The position numbers and the translations under genes were made by a program. A DNA stretch of 64,000 nt from positions 3,743 through 67,742 of the forward strand of contig JAEYYH010000015.1 in the NCBI GenBank assembly GCA_023430885.1. The letters are read 5' to 3'. Source of the DNA: Bacillota bacterium (lineage in GTDB: Bacteria; Bacillota_I; Bacilli_A; RF39; UBA660). The notes beneath the pieces were generated by a model. That model was not told the DNA's origin and did no database searches. It worked only from the letters and a program-made list of their open reading frames with translations. Position 1 is the stretch's first letter. Each line of letters starts with the position of its first letter. Positions 18,582-28,946 of the stretch are shown here, one piece after another.

Positions 18582-20450
18582 ATGGATATAGTCCAAATTA
18601 AAAACCCTAAATTTATTAAACATATGAAGAGAAAAGAATTAGAGAGATTAGGAACTGATATAAGAGAGTTTCTAGTAGATAATGTTTCTAAAACAGGCGG
18701 TCATTTATCATCTAATTTAGGTATTGTTGATTTAACAATAGCAATTCATAAGGTTTTTGATAGTCCAAAAGATAAAATTATTTTTGATGTTGGGCATCAA
18801 GCATATACTCATAAAATACTTACAGGTAGAGCTGGCGATTTTAAAAATTTAAGACAGTATGGTGGTTTATCAGGTTTCCAAAAAAGGTCTGAATCTATTC
18901 ATGATTGTTATGAAGCTGGACACTCTTCAACAAGTTTAAGTGCAGCTTTAGGTTTTGCCATTGCTCGTGATTTAGATAAAAAGAAATATAATGTAATAGC
19001 AGTAATTGGTGATGGTTCAATTGGTAACGGTCTTGCCTATGAAGCTTTAAATCATATAGGAAGTCTAGATACCAAACTAATTGTTATATTAAATGATAAT
19101 GAGATGAGTATTTCTAGAAATGTAGGGGCTTTACATAACAGTCTAGACAGGATACGAAGTAATTATAAATATAATCGTGCTAAAAACGAAACAAAGAGTA
19201 TATTACAGAAGACACCTCTTATAGGCAATGGTCTATATAAAGGTGTAGGGCTTATAAAAGAGTCTATCAAAAAGATATATATGAAAGAAGGTTATCTTTT
19301 TGAAGAATTTGGCTTTAATTATTATGGGCCAATAAACGGACATGACTACGATGAAATGCAATTATATTTAGAAATGGCAAAAAGAGAAAATAGACCTGTT
19401 CTCTTGCATGTCATAACCGAAAAAGGAAAAGGTTATAAGTTTGCTGAAGAAGATACTGAAGGAAAATGGCATGGTATAGGCAAGTTTGACAAAGAAACTG
19501 GTACTGTAGTTAGCGTAGATGATAATAAAATTAGCTGGAGTGAAACAATATCAAAACAACTTATTGACTTAGCAGAATTAGATGAAGATGTAGTTGTTAT
19601 CACACCTGCTATGGCAAACGGATCAAAATTAAATAAATTTAAAGAAGAATTTCCTAAAAGATTTATTGATGTAGGCATAGCCGAAGAACATGGGTTAGTT
19701 ATGGCTAATTCAATGGCACTATGTGGTAAAAAACCATTTATTTCTATCTATTCAACTTTTATGCAAAGAGGTTATGACCAGATACAACAAGATATTGCTA
19801 GAATGAATGGTAATGTAGTAATTGGTATTGATAGAGCAGGTATTGTAGGAGAAGATGGAGAAACCCATCAAGGTATCTATGATGTGTCATTATTATCGCA
19901 TATTCCGAATATGGTTATAATGGCTCCAAAGGACAGTATTGAAAGCGGTAATATGCTTTATACAGCCTTTAATTCTAATAAACCATGTGCGATAAGATAT
20001 TCTAGAAACAGAATTGAATATAAAGAATCTGAATATCGTAAGATTGCTATAGGATCATGGGATGAATTAAAAAAAGGACTTGATGGAACTATAATTAGTT
20101 ATGGTGATTTTGTAAATAATGCTTTAGAAATAAGTAAAGAATTATTTAGACATAAACACAGCATTGGTGTTGTAAATGCAAGGTTTATAAAACCATTTGA
20201 TACATCAGTATTTGATAGTTTACTTGCTAAAGGAAAACCAATCTTTGTTTATGAAGAAGTAGCAGCAATCGGCTCTTTAGGGGAAAGACTATGTGCTTAT
20301 GCATCAAATAAAGGCTATAATGTTCCAATATATACATTTGGCATAAATGATAAATTTATAAGACAAGGCAAATGTGATATAATAATAAAGAAATTAGAAT
20401 TAGATGTAGAGTCAATGATTGAAAGAATAAGAAATATTTTAGGAGGTTAG
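18582..20450 (+). CDS. dxs: 1-deoxy-D-xylulose-5-phosphate synthase.
   Basis: GGHLSSNLG, DVGHQAY, GDGS...G (TPP-binding) motifs, 622 aa. Confidence 0.95.
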   Translation: MDIVQIKNPKFIKHMKRKELERLGTDIREFLVDNVSKTGGHLSSNLGIVDLTIAIHKVFDSPKDKIIFDVGHQAYTHKILTGRAGDFKNLRQYGGLSGFQKRSESIHDCYEAGHSSTSLSAALGFAIARDLDKKKYNVIAVIGDGSIGNGLAYEALNHIGSLDTKLIVILNDNEMSISRNVGALHNSLDRIRSNYKYNRAKNETKSILQKTPLIGNGLYKGVGLIKESIKKIYMKEGYLFEEFGFNYYGPINGHDYDEMQLYLEMAKRENRPVLLHVITEKGKGYKFAEEDTEGKWHGIGKFDKETGTVVSVDDNKISWSETISKQLIDLAELDEDVVVITPAMANGSKLNKFKEEFPKRFIDVGIAEEHGLVMANSMALCGKKPFISIYSTFMQRGYDQIQQDIARMNGNVVIGIDRAGIVGEDGETHQGIYDVSLLSHIPNMVIMAPKDSIESGNMLYTAFNSNKPCAIRYSRNRIEYKESEYRKIAIGSWDELKKGLDGTIISYGDFVNNALEISKELFRHKHSIGVVNARFIKPFDTSVFDSLLAKGKPIFVYEEVAAIGSLGERLCAYASNKGYNVPIYTFGINDKFIRQGKCDIIIKKLELDVESMIERIRNILGG

Positions 20451-20451
20451 T

Positions 20452-20838
20452 ATGGATCTGTTAAAAAAAGAAAACTGGTGGGTTTGGTTAATCCTTACTA
20501 TTTTTACAGGTAGTACAAGTACATTACTACTAGGAGCATTAATAGGTTGCTTTAAAAAAGATGCTTGGTATGCTGACTGGAAAAATTGGGCGCTAGGATT
20601 TTTACTTTTCATAATTCCTGGACTTGTCATGATAAGTGTTTTTATTATTCAAATGACATGCGAAGTGGCATTTAAATTAGAGGTTCCAGGTAGTGAACTA
20701 TATTTATCACCATATGCTTGGATATTATGTTTAATAATTCCAGTAATTGGGTGGATTTGTTTTAGTGTTATGATGTTTTATCTAACTTTATGGAACATAA
20801 TAATGCTTAAGTATGGTAAGGCTGAAAGATACATATAA
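20452..20838 (+). CDS. Small polytopic membrane protein, hypothetical.
   Basis: Three to four hydrophobic helices; overlaps the dxs stop by 1 nt (coupled). Confidence 0.45.
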   Translation: MDLLKKENWWVWLILTIFTGSTSTLLLGALIGCFKKDAWYADWKNWALGFLLFIIPGLVMISVFIIQMTCEVAFKLEVPGSELYLSPYAWILCLIIPVIGWICFSVMMFYLTLWNIIMLKYGKAERYI

Positions 20839-20932
20839 TAATAAACTGCTAACTATATAAAAGTTAGCTGTTTTGTTTTTAAAATTATTCTAATTATTTA
20901 TTTTATATGTTATAATGAATTAGGTGATTGAA

Positions 20933-21334
20933 GTGGAACAACTGAATAGAAGTGAATTAAGAAAAATTATAATGACAGCTTTATATCAAATAAATGTTTA
21001 TGATGCTAACAAAATGAATTATAATGTCGATGATGTAATCAAGGAAAACTTGGAAATAGAAAATGAATTTGTTAAAGAAGTAGTGCATGGTGTTCTTGAA
21101 AATAAAACTGCTATAGATGAGAAAGCTAACGAATACTTAAGTGGTTGGAAGATTACTAGATTGGGTAATACAGACCAAGCGATACTTAGAATGGGTATAT
21201 ATGAATTATTATATACAAAGACACCTGAAGTAGTTGCTATAAATGAAGCTATTGAACTGGCTAAAGCTTACAGTGATGACGATGTTAGAAAAATGATTAA
21301 TGGAGTGTTAGACAAAATTTATCATAATAAATAG
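20933..21334 (+). CDS. nusB: Transcription antitermination factor NusB.
   Basis: ALYQ...[21 protein letters not shown]...[10 protein letters not shown] are NusB motifs. The likely GTG start at 20933 has the SD aggtga 5 nt upstream; the track start at 20924 overlaps the SD. Confidence 0.85.
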   Translation: MEQLNRSELRKIIMTALYQINVYDANKMNYNVDDVIKENLEIENEFVKEVVHGVLENKTAIDEKANEYLSGWKITRLGNTDQAILRMGIYELLYTKTPEVVAINEAIELAKAYSDDDVRKMINGVLDKIYHNK

Positions 21335-21342
21335 GTGATAAT

Positions 21343-22689
21343 ATGAATAATGATGTAAATAAATATTTAACAGTCAGTGCTTTAACTGGTTATTTAAAAT
21401 ATAAATTTGATACAGATGAACATTTAAAGTGCGTCTTTTTAAAGGGAGAAATATCTAACTTTAAGAGTCATACTGCTGGTCATTTGTATTTTTCTATTAA
21501 AGATGAAAAAAGTAAAATAAATGCTATTATGTTTGGGGCTAGTGCTAAAAAATTAAACTTTACTCCTATGGATGGAACCAAGGTATTATTAGTAGGTAGA
21601 GTTAGTGTATATGAAGCAACTGGTAACTATCAAATATATGTTGATGGTATGATGGAAGATGGTGTTGGTAATCTTTATGTGGCATATGAAAAGTTAAAAG
21701 CTGATTTAGCTAAAGAAGGGCTTTTTGATGAAAAACATAAAAAAGCTATACCAAGATTTCCTAAACGGGTTGGTGTTATAACAGCTTCTACTGGGGCAGC
21801 TATAAGAGATATAATATCTACTATCGAAAGAAGATACCCAGTATGCGAAATAATTCTTTTTCCTAGTTTAGTGCAGGGAGATAATGCCGCGCCAGATATA
21901 GTTAAAAATATAAAAAGAGCTGAAAACTATGACTTAGATGTTTTGATTGTAGGTCGCGGTGGTGGATCAATAGAAGACTTATGGGCTTTTAACGAAGAAA
22001 TAGTGGCAAGAGCAATATATAACTGCTCTATACCTACAATAAGTGCTGTAGGGCATGAAGTTGACTTTACAATAGCAGACTTTGTTGCAGACCATAGAGC
22101 TCCTACACCAACAGGGGCAGCAGAAATAGCAGTACCTAATATTATAGAAGTTCAAAGCACTTTAAATAGCTTGAGCATTCGTTTAAAAGAAAATATAGTT
22201 AAAAAAATTAATTACAATAAATTATTACTTGATAGTTATAAGAATTCGTTTATAATTAAAAATCCAGTTATAATGTATGAAAATAAAAAGATATTGTTAG
22301 ATCAATATCAAGAAAAAATTTATTTTTTATTAAATCATAAATTAGAGTTAAGGAAAAATAGTTTAACACATTTACTTGAAAAAATAAGGTATGTAAGTCC
22401 AAAAGAAATTTGCATTAATAAAAGAAAAGATTTAATTATCGTAGATACACAATTAAATAATTTAATTAATTATAAGTTAGAAAATACCAAAAAATTAATG
22501 GCGCATTTGATTGACAAACTTGAATTAGTAAGTCCGCTAAATGTACTTAAAAGAGGATACACAATTACTTATAAAAATAATAAACCAGTTAATACTATAA
22601 AAGATATCAAAGTAAATGATAATTTGAATTTGAAACTACATAATGGTAATGCCTTAGTAGAAGTAAAAGAAGTTATGGAGGAAAAATAA
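21343..22689 (+). CDS. xseA: Exodeoxyribonuclease VII large subunit.
   Basis: OB-fold N-terminus (LKGEISNFKSHTAGHLYFSIKD), catalytic region RGGGSIEDLWAFN, 448 aa. Confidence 0.9.
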   Translation: MNNDVNKYLTVSALTGYLKYKFDTDEHLKCVFLKGEISNFKSHTAGHLYFSIKDEKSKINAIMFGASAKKLNFTPMDGTKVLLVGRVSVYEATGNYQIYVDGMMEDGVGNLYVAYEKLKADLAKEGLFDEKHKKAIPRFPKRVGVITASTGAAIRDIISTIERRYPVCEIILFPSLVQGDNAAPDIVKNIKRAENYDLDVLIVGRGGGSIEDLWAFNEEIVARAIYNCSIPTISAVGHEVDFTIADFVADHRAPTPTGAAEIAVPNIIEVQSTLNSLSIRLKENIVKKINYNKLLLDSYKNSFIIKNPVIMYENKKILLDQYQEKIYFLLNHKLELRKNSLTHLLEKIRYVSPKEICINKRKDLIIVDTQLNNLINYKLENTKKLMAHLIDKLELVSPLNVLKRGYTITYKNNKPVNTIKDIKVNDNLNLKLHNGNALVEVKEVMEEK

Positions 22690-22899
22690 ATGAAATTTGA
22701 AGAAAAAATGGCAAAAGTAGAAACAATAATTAACGAACTAGAAAAAGATGAAATCAACTTAGATGATTCAATTAGCAAATATACAGAAGCTATGAAGCTT
22801 ATTAAAGAGTGTGATGAATCTTTAAAAAAAGCTGAAGAAAAGATTAGTAAAATAGTTGCTGAAGATGGAACTTTAAAAAGTTTTGAAATAACTGAATAA
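22690..22899 (+). CDS. xseB: Exodeoxyribonuclease VII small subunit.
   Basis: 69-aa helical protein immediately downstream of and coupled to xseA (ATGA overlap). FEEKMAKVETIINELE motif. Confidence 0.85.
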   Translation: MKFEEKMAKVETIINELEKDEINLDDSISKYTEAMKLIKECDESLKKAEEKISKIVAEDGTLKSFEITE

Positions 22900-23217
22900 T
22901 GTAAAATGTGTAAAGTAACAAGAAATTTTATAATAAGTATTGAAAAATGAAAAAGATATAGTATAATTATATATGTAAACGAGATATGCCCAACATTCTT
23001 GTTTAAGTAATTTATATAATTTAAAAAAGTAATAATAATTATAATACTATGCATTTAGATAAAATCCAATCTATCTGTCTTTAAAATGCAACCCAAATAG
23101 TATAGTGTAATTTTAATAAAATATTTATGACGGATTTTCATGTTCAGTAGAACTTTATATATTCTTGTTTTCTCACGTATTCTTTGTAGTTTTTTTGATT
23201 TTTATAATAGTATATTA

Positions 23218-23244
23218 GAGCGCCATAAGTTGGCGCTTTTTTTG
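23218..23244 (+). terminator. Rho-independent terminator.
   Basis: gagcgcca taagt tggcgc followed by 7 T. Confidence 0.7.
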
Positions 23245-23323
23245 TTTTCATGGTAATGGCTCGACTAATTTTGACTCATTTGAACATACTAATAATGTAG
23301 TCTGTATTTAAGGAGTTGAGTTT

Positions 23324-24307
23324 ATGTTTTTTAAAAAACTAGCGAAACCCGTACTTCTTCTTTCACTATTAGTTAGTATTCCAACAAACACTTATGCTTA
23401 TTCAGACTATCTCGCAGTAGGTGGAGACACAATAGGTATTACAATTAACACCGAAGGTATATTAGTGGTAGGAACATACATGGTAGGTGGTAATTTACTT
23501 GCTTCTGACTCAGATATCAAAATTGGCGACGTTATTGTTTCTAGTAATAAAAGCAATATAACTACTATTGAAGATTTTATGAATACTATTGATAGTAAAA
23601 CTTGCGAAAAATTAGATGTTAAATATAAGAGAGACAATAAGACCTATAGTACTACATTAAAATTAGCTATTGATGAAAACACTTGTAAAACTGGTCTTTA
23701 TGTTAAAGACAGTATTACTGGTATAGGTACACTTACGTTTATAGATCCTAATACTAAAATATTTGGTGCATTAGGTCATGAAATATTAGAACAATCTACT
23801 GGTAAAATAGTGGATACCGAAAGTGGTACTATATTTGATTCTGAAGTTATAAATGTAGAAAAAAGTACTAATGGTACACCTGGTGAAAAGAATGCCAGGT
23901 ATTATAGTTCACAGGTAGATGGAACTATATATGAAAATACTACCAAAGGTATATTTGGTTATTACTCTAGTAACATAGATAGTAGTAATTTGTATAAAGT
24001 TGCAAAAGTGCAAAATATTAAAAAAGGTGAAGCAAAAATACTGACAGTTTTATCCGGTACTGAAATTAAAGAATATAGTATAAATATTACCAAGATTAAT
24101 AATAATGGAGATACTAAAAATTTAGTGTTTGAAATAACAGATACTGATCTTTTAGAAAAAACTGGTGGCATAGTGCAAGGAATGAGTGGCTCTCCAATTA
24201 TTCAAGGTGACTACATAATTGGAGCAGTAACACACGTGGTGGTTGAAAATCCTACAAAAGGGTACGGAATATTCATAACTAATATGTTGGAGGAAGCAGA
24301 AAATTAA
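23324..24307 (+). CDS. spoIVB: Stage IV sporulation protein B (SpoIVB peptidase, S55).
   Basis: Signal sequence, PDZ region (GDVIVS), S55 catalytic region GALGHEI...GMSGSPI. A CATACTA -10-like element at 23285-23291 is consistent with a forespore sigma F/G promoter. Confidence 0.85.
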   Translation: MFFKKLAKPVLLLSLLVSIPTNTYAYSDYLAVGGDTIGITINTEGILVVGTYMVGGNLLASDSDIKIGDVIVSSNKSNITTIEDFMNTIDSKTCEKLDVKYKRDNKTYSTTLKLAIDENTCKTGLYVKDSITGIGTLTFIDPNTKIFGALGHEILEQSTGKIVDTESGTIFDSEVINVEKSTNGTPGEKNARYYSSQVDGTIYENTTKGIFGYYSSNIDSSNLYKVAKVQNIKKGEAKILTVLSGTEIKEYSINITKINNNGDTKNLVFEITDTDLLEKTGGIVQGMSGSPIIQGDYIIGAVTHVVVENPTKGYGIFITNMLEEAEN

Positions 24308-24498
24308 GAGACTTAAAGTCTCTTTTTATTTCAAAATAATTAATCATATAGAGTTTACTACTAAACAATAATATAAAATAATTTAGTTTTTATAAATAAT
24401 ATATAAAAATAAATGCAAACTAATATAGAGATTATTATTTAAAAAATGATAATACAATATGTATGACAAATTATTATATAAAAGAAAGGAGTAACAAT

Positions 24499-25053
24499 AT
24501 GAAAAGAAACAACAACAAAATATTTATCATATTTGCATTAGCTATAGCTGTTACAGTGATGTCAGTTGGTTATGCAGCGTTAGCTAATCAATTAACTATT
24601 ACCGGAACATCAGGTACAGGAAATGCTTCATGGAATATATCGTTCTTGTCAATAACAAAAAATGCAACCTTATCTACAGCTAGTGCTACTGAAGTTAGTG
24701 CACCAACTGCATCCGGCTTAGCAGCTACATTTGATGTAACTGTTTCAGAACCTGGTGCTACAATCGTGTATGATATAATTGTTCAAAATACTGGTACTAT
24801 AGATGCAACACTTTCAGCTATTACAGGACTATTAGAAATAAATCAAGCAGAACCAACTGCTATCACTTATACTTTTAATAGATTAAATCCCATAACTGAT
24901 GAAATATTAAGTGATACTGGCGATTTATTACATGGAACAACTAATAAGTTTAGATTAACTATCACTTGGCCATCTACCTCAACAAGTGTTCCAACTGGGA
25001 CGACTTCCAAATCTGGAACAATTTATTTAGATTACGTTCAAAAAACATCTTAG
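24499..25053 (+). CDS. Secreted Thr/Ser/Ala-rich protein with a TasA/camelysin-like (SipW-cognate-type) N-terminal signal. Putative fibre or matrix protein.
   Basis: MKRNNNKIFIIFALAIAVTVMSVGYAALANQLTITGTS resembles the GGGT[FW]AAF signal-peptide junction of TasA/CalY. The SD aaaggag precedes the ATG at 24499 (track start 24463 is unlikely). Confidence 0.45.
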   Translation: MKRNNNKIFIIFALAIAVTVMSVGYAALANQLTITGTSGTGNASWNISFLSITKNATLSTASATEVSAPTASGLAATFDVTVSEPGATIVYDIIVQNTGTIDATLSAITGLLEINQAEPTAITYTFNRLNPITDEILSDTGDLLHGTTNKFRLTITWPSTSTSVPTGTTSKSGTIYLDYVQKTS

Positions 25054-25100
25054 TAAATGAAGAATATAGTTATTCTTACATTCGTGAATAGGGTGATTAT

Positions 25101-25940
25101 ATGAGAAGATTAAAGAAAAGAAAAAAGAATAACTTTACTTATATGATAGCACTATACATAATAATGCTTGTTACAATAAGTACTGCTTATTCTTTTTTAA
25201 ATACTGATTTATCATTAAAAGGAAAAGCCGGCTTTTCTAAAAGTGCTTCTTACAATTATAGCTATAAGTATGTATTGGATAATAAGTGGGGAAATTATAC
25301 ATATCAAATATCTTCAACAATTACATATTTAGGACAAAATGATATAACTAGTTGGAAGGCATATGTATATGTTCCAGTAGCAAGCATAGTGAATGGCTGC
25401 TACAATGCTTTGTCCTGTACTATAAATGGTAATATTATGACTGTAACAAGTCCTACAAATTATAATCATAATTTGTCTACAAACTCAACTTTAGTTTTTT
25501 CTTTTCAATTAACTACTAATACTCCAACATATTTTGAGGAATATAGGATAATAGGAATGAGTTTTTATTCTGGTGCTATCACAGATGATCCTAATCCGGA
25601 CACCAGTCTTGATTTTGTAAGCAACACATTAAGTATAACTGGCGGATGGAATAAAGTTACAACTTATAAGTATGTGGTAACTAATAATTCTTCTACTAAG
25701 AGTCTTGCAAAATGGTCCATTGATATAACATTCCCAAAGAACTCAACAGTAACAGCTTTTTGGGGCGGAACATACACTTATGACAAAAAAACAGGAATAA
25801 TAATTGTTTCTAATCCATCATGGCCATTAACATTAGCTCCTGGGCAAACTGAGGTAGTTGAATTTTATGTAGATACCGGTTTAGCAACGGGATATATGCC
25901 TAGAGTAGGGACATTTACAGCAACAATAATATATGGTTAA
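25101..25940 (+). CDS. Secreted or anchored protein with a similar TasA-like signal junction (TAYSFLNTDLSLKG).
   Basis: N-terminal basic region plus a hydrophobic helix then AYSFLNTD. Good SD. Confidence 0.4.
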   Translation: MRRLKKRKKNNFTYMIALYIIMLVTISTAYSFLNTDLSLKGKAGFSKSASYNYSYKYVLDNKWGNYTYQISSTITYLGQNDITSWKAYVYVPVASIVNGCYNALSCTINGNIMTVTSPTNYNHNLSTNSTLVFSFQLTTNTPTYFEEYRIIGMSFYSGAITDDPNPDTSLDFVSNTLSITGGWNKVTTYKYVVTNNSSTKSLAKWSIDITFPKNSTVTAFWGGTYTYDKKTGIIIVSNPSWPLTLAPGQTEVVEFYVDTGLATGYMPRVGTFTATIIYG

Positions 25941-26161
25941 TATAAGGGGTATATTATGAAATTTGATTTTAAAAAAACTATTCTTTATTTATTATTTATG
26001 TCATATTTAATATTTTATAGTGTTTTTAGCAACGATATTTTATCTAATAAATTTGTAAACTTAATAAATCTGTCATTTTAATTATATTTTTTGTATTTGC
26101 TTTCTTTATTATTAAAACTTTTAAACAAAGAATCAAACAAGAAACTAACAAAATACAAACT

Positions 26162-27133
26162 GTGTTTATTATTATAACAATTTATCTTATGATATATTTT
26201 TCTCTGGGATTAATAACAGGATATGGGCGTAGTATATATAATCACTCTTTATTTGGCTATATTCAAAATATTTGGATCTATATATTTCCTATAATATGTA
26301 TTGAGTATTTAATGTATATCTTTATAAAGAATAATAATAATAAATGGTTTTATATTTTAAATATATTAGTATTTTCCTTATATGATATTCCAATATACAC
26401 TTTTATTAAATCTGGATATACTTTAGAAGAATTATTTACCCATAGTTGTTCAATTATACTACCAGCTCTAGCAAGTAATGCTATTTTAATTTATTTAACA
26501 AAAACAAGCGGTTATAAAAGTACACTAACTTACTTAATTCCCCAAAAATTATTTATGATATTTTTGCCATTACTACCAAATTTAGATTGGTATTATACTG
26601 CAATAGCAGGTACAATGCTTCCGTTTATTACATATATTTCTATAAAAGTTATTCAAGATAAAGTTACTAATCAAGTTTCCAGAAAAAATCTGACACATCT
26701 AAATAGTGTAAGGTATATACCAGTAATTTTGATGGTAACATCATCCTTTCTATTTATAACAGGCGTATTTAAGTATGAACCAATAGCTATTTTATCTAAT
26801 AGTATGCATCCTTTATATAATAGAGGAGATGTTATAATTATAGAAAAAATGGGCATAAATGATCTTAATAATCTTAATGAACAAGATATAATTGAGTATA
26901 ATTTAAATGGTATTTTTATAGCGCACCGTATAGTAAGTGTTGAAAAACATAATGATGGCACTGTTTTATATACTACAAAAGGAGATAATAATAACACAAT
27001 TGATAAAGAAAAAGTTTCTCCTAGTCAGATAAAAGGTGTTGTAAGATTTACAGTTTCAAAAATTGGTTATCCATCAGTATGGTTAAGTGAATTATTTAGT
27101 AAAAAGAATGTAACAATAGAAACTGGAAATTAA
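26162..27133 (+). CDS. sipW: SipW-type (Ser/His, archaeal/ER-type) signal peptidase I fused to an N-terminal ~210-aa polytopic membrane domain.
   Basis: SNSMHPLYNRGDVIIIEK (catalytic Ser box) and IFIAHRIVSV (His box). The upstream frame is open for about 600 nt with about 6 TM helices. The start is uncertain (GTG at 26162; no clear SD). Confidence 0.65.
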   Translation: MFIIITIYLMIYFSLGLITGYGRSIYNHSLFGYIQNIWIYIFPIICIEYLMYIFIKNNNNKWFYILNILVFSLYDIPIYTFIKSGYTLEELFTHSCSIILPALASNAILIYLTKTSGYKSTLTYLIPQKLFMIFLPLLPNLDWYYTAIAGTMLPFITYISIKVIQDKVTNQVSRKNLTHLNSVRYIPVILMVTSSFLFITGVFKYEPIAILSNSMHPLYNRGDVIIIEKMGINDLNNLNEQDIIEYNLNGIFIAHRIVSVEKHNDGTVLYTTKGDNNNTIDKEKVSPSQIKGVVRFTVSKIGYPSVWLSELFSKKNVTIETGN

Positions 27134-27152
27134 GAAAGTAAGGAGATGACAT

Positions 27153-28223
27153 ATGCAGAATTGTACTAATTACCAAAGAAAAAACGTATTAAGATTAGGT
27201 GTTCGTTTAACTCTAGGTTTTGTTTTAATTGCTGCCATAATCGTCTCCTTACTACAAATTACTCTAGCTATAATATATACAAACAAACAAACTGATAAAA
27301 TTTTATATACTTATAATATTAATCAAAAAGCAGATTATAGTGTAGAATTATATGACAATAATTTTGTTGATACAACTACCATGGAATCTGGCAAAGTATA
27401 TATTTCAGATTTAGTTAAACAAGTTAATTTTAAATTTTTATATACGTATTCGGGAACAACCAATAATGACTTCAAATATAATTATAATGTAGTTGGAAAG
27501 CTTATTGGTCAAAGCAATGCTAATGAAACCACTGAAACAGTATGGGAAAAATCATATACTTTAGTAGAGGAAGTTACAGAAACAAAGAAACAAACTTCCA
27601 GTTTTGCAATCGATATTCCTCTTGCACTAGATTATTCTTTATATGCAAATGAAGTATCCGAATTTAAAAAAAATTTTGGAATGATACTTTCGACAAAATT
27701 ACAAATTACAATGACAGTTAATGTTTTAAGTAGTTACAATGAAAAAGAAATTAGTAATACTCAAAAAATAATTATGTATATACCTATTGGGTTACAAGCT
27801 TTTTCTATAACAAGTGATTATAAAGAAAATACTGTAGATTATATTTATGATGTCGGTAGTCGTCTGAAGTTTTACAATGATTCTAATTTTATAATGGGAA
27901 CAATCGAATTTATTATTTCTTTTTTCTTTTTTGTATATTTATTCAAACTAATATTTAATATAAAATGTAAAAACAAATATTCTAAAAGATTAGATCAAAT
28001 CTTGAAAACTTATGGTAGTATAATCGTAGAGGTTTTGAACCCAGTTAAGGAAGAAAAATATGAAATAATTGAAGTGAAAAACTTTGATGAAATGATTGAC
28101 TTAGAAGAAGAACTTCGAATACCAATTACATTTAATGAAGTTATACCAACAAGATATGGCGTATTTACTTTGTTACATAATAATACTATTTATAAATATA
28201 GTTTAAAAAATAAGGATTTATAA
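27153..28223 (+). CDS. Bitopic membrane protein, hypothetical (large extracytoplasmic domain between two TM helices).
   Basis: SD aaggaga. N-terminal TM LGFVLIAAIIVSLLQITLAII and a second TM IEFIISFFFFVYLFKLIF. Confidence 0.5.
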   Translation: MQNCTNYQRKNVLRLGVRLTLGFVLIAAIIVSLLQITLAIIYTNKQTDKILYTYNINQKADYSVELYDNNFVDTTTMESGKVYISDLVKQVNFKFLYTYSGTTNNDFKYNYNVVGKLIGQSNANETTETVWEKSYTLVEEVTETKKQTSSFAIDIPLALDYSLYANEVSEFKKNFGMILSTKLQITMTVNVLSSYNEKEISNTQKIIMYIPIGLQAFSITSDYKENTVDYIYDVGSRLKFYNDSNFIMGTIEFIISFFFFVYLFKLIFNIKCKNKYSKRLDQILKTYGSIIVEVLNPVKEEKYEIIEVKNFDEMIDLEEELRIPITFNEVIPTRYGVFTLLHNNTIYKYSLKNKDL

Positions 28224-28350
28224 TTACATTTATTGAATTTTACATATCTATTATCTTTTTTGTAAAGTAAAAGACATTTGTCTTTTTTTTTGATATAATA
28301 AAGTTATAAAATAAGGAAGGTAAATGAATTACATTTAAGAGGTAAATATT

Positions 28351-28932
28351 ATGAAAATTCCATTAAGATTTCAGATAACAGAATTTGATTGTGGTACATT
28401 AGCACTTCAAAATGCTATAAGTTTTTTATATGAAAGAGAGACTATTCCAGCTGATCTTATTAGAGCAGTATCAACGTATACTTTAGATTGCTATGGCGAA
28501 GATGGTAAATTAGGAGATGGTGGTACTAGTAAAGAAGCTATGAATTTAATGACTACTTGGATAGAGGGGTATGCTAAAAGAAATTTATTTGACATTCACT
28601 GTGAGAGATATACTGATAAAGATGTTACTTTAAGTTTAATAAGAATATGTTTATTTAAAAACGGTGTCGTTTTAATAAGAACTTATCAAGTTGGTGAACA
28701 CTATGCTATTGTAACGCATATAGATGATGAGTATGTTTATATATGGGATTCATATTATTTAGATGAAGACTATTATGACCCTGATAATAAAGTTACAATA
28801 ATATTTGATAAACCTTTTGATTACAATCGTAAAGTAGCATTAGATAGATTTGTATCAGAAATTAAAAAAGATTTCGCATTAGGACCAATAGAAAATAGAG
28901 AATGTGTTCTATTTAGTAGAAAACAATTTTAG
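28351..28932 (+). CDS. Papain-fold cysteine peptidase-like protein (C39-like domain), hypothetical.
   Basis: FDCGTLALQNA (Cys), later GEHYAIVTHIDDE (His/Asp), typical spacing for C39-like peptidase domains. This is an inference from motifs only. Confidence 0.35.
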   Translation: MKIPLRFQITEFDCGTLALQNAISFLYERETIPADLIRAVSTYTLDCYGEDGKLGDGGTSKEAMNLMTTWIEGYAKRNLFDIHCERYTDKDVTLSLIRICLFKNGVVLIRTYQVGEHYAIVTHIDDEYVYIWDSYYLDEDYYDPDNKVTIIFDKPFDYNRKVALDRFVSEIKKDFALGPIENRECVLFSRKQF

Positions 28933-28946
28933 GAGATTATAAGAGT

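Noticed and set aside
22569-23054. 161-aa minus-strand ORF spanning the xseA end and xseB.
   Set aside because: It is very low complexity (Ile/Phe/Ser/Leu), overlaps two good plus-strand genes and has no SD.
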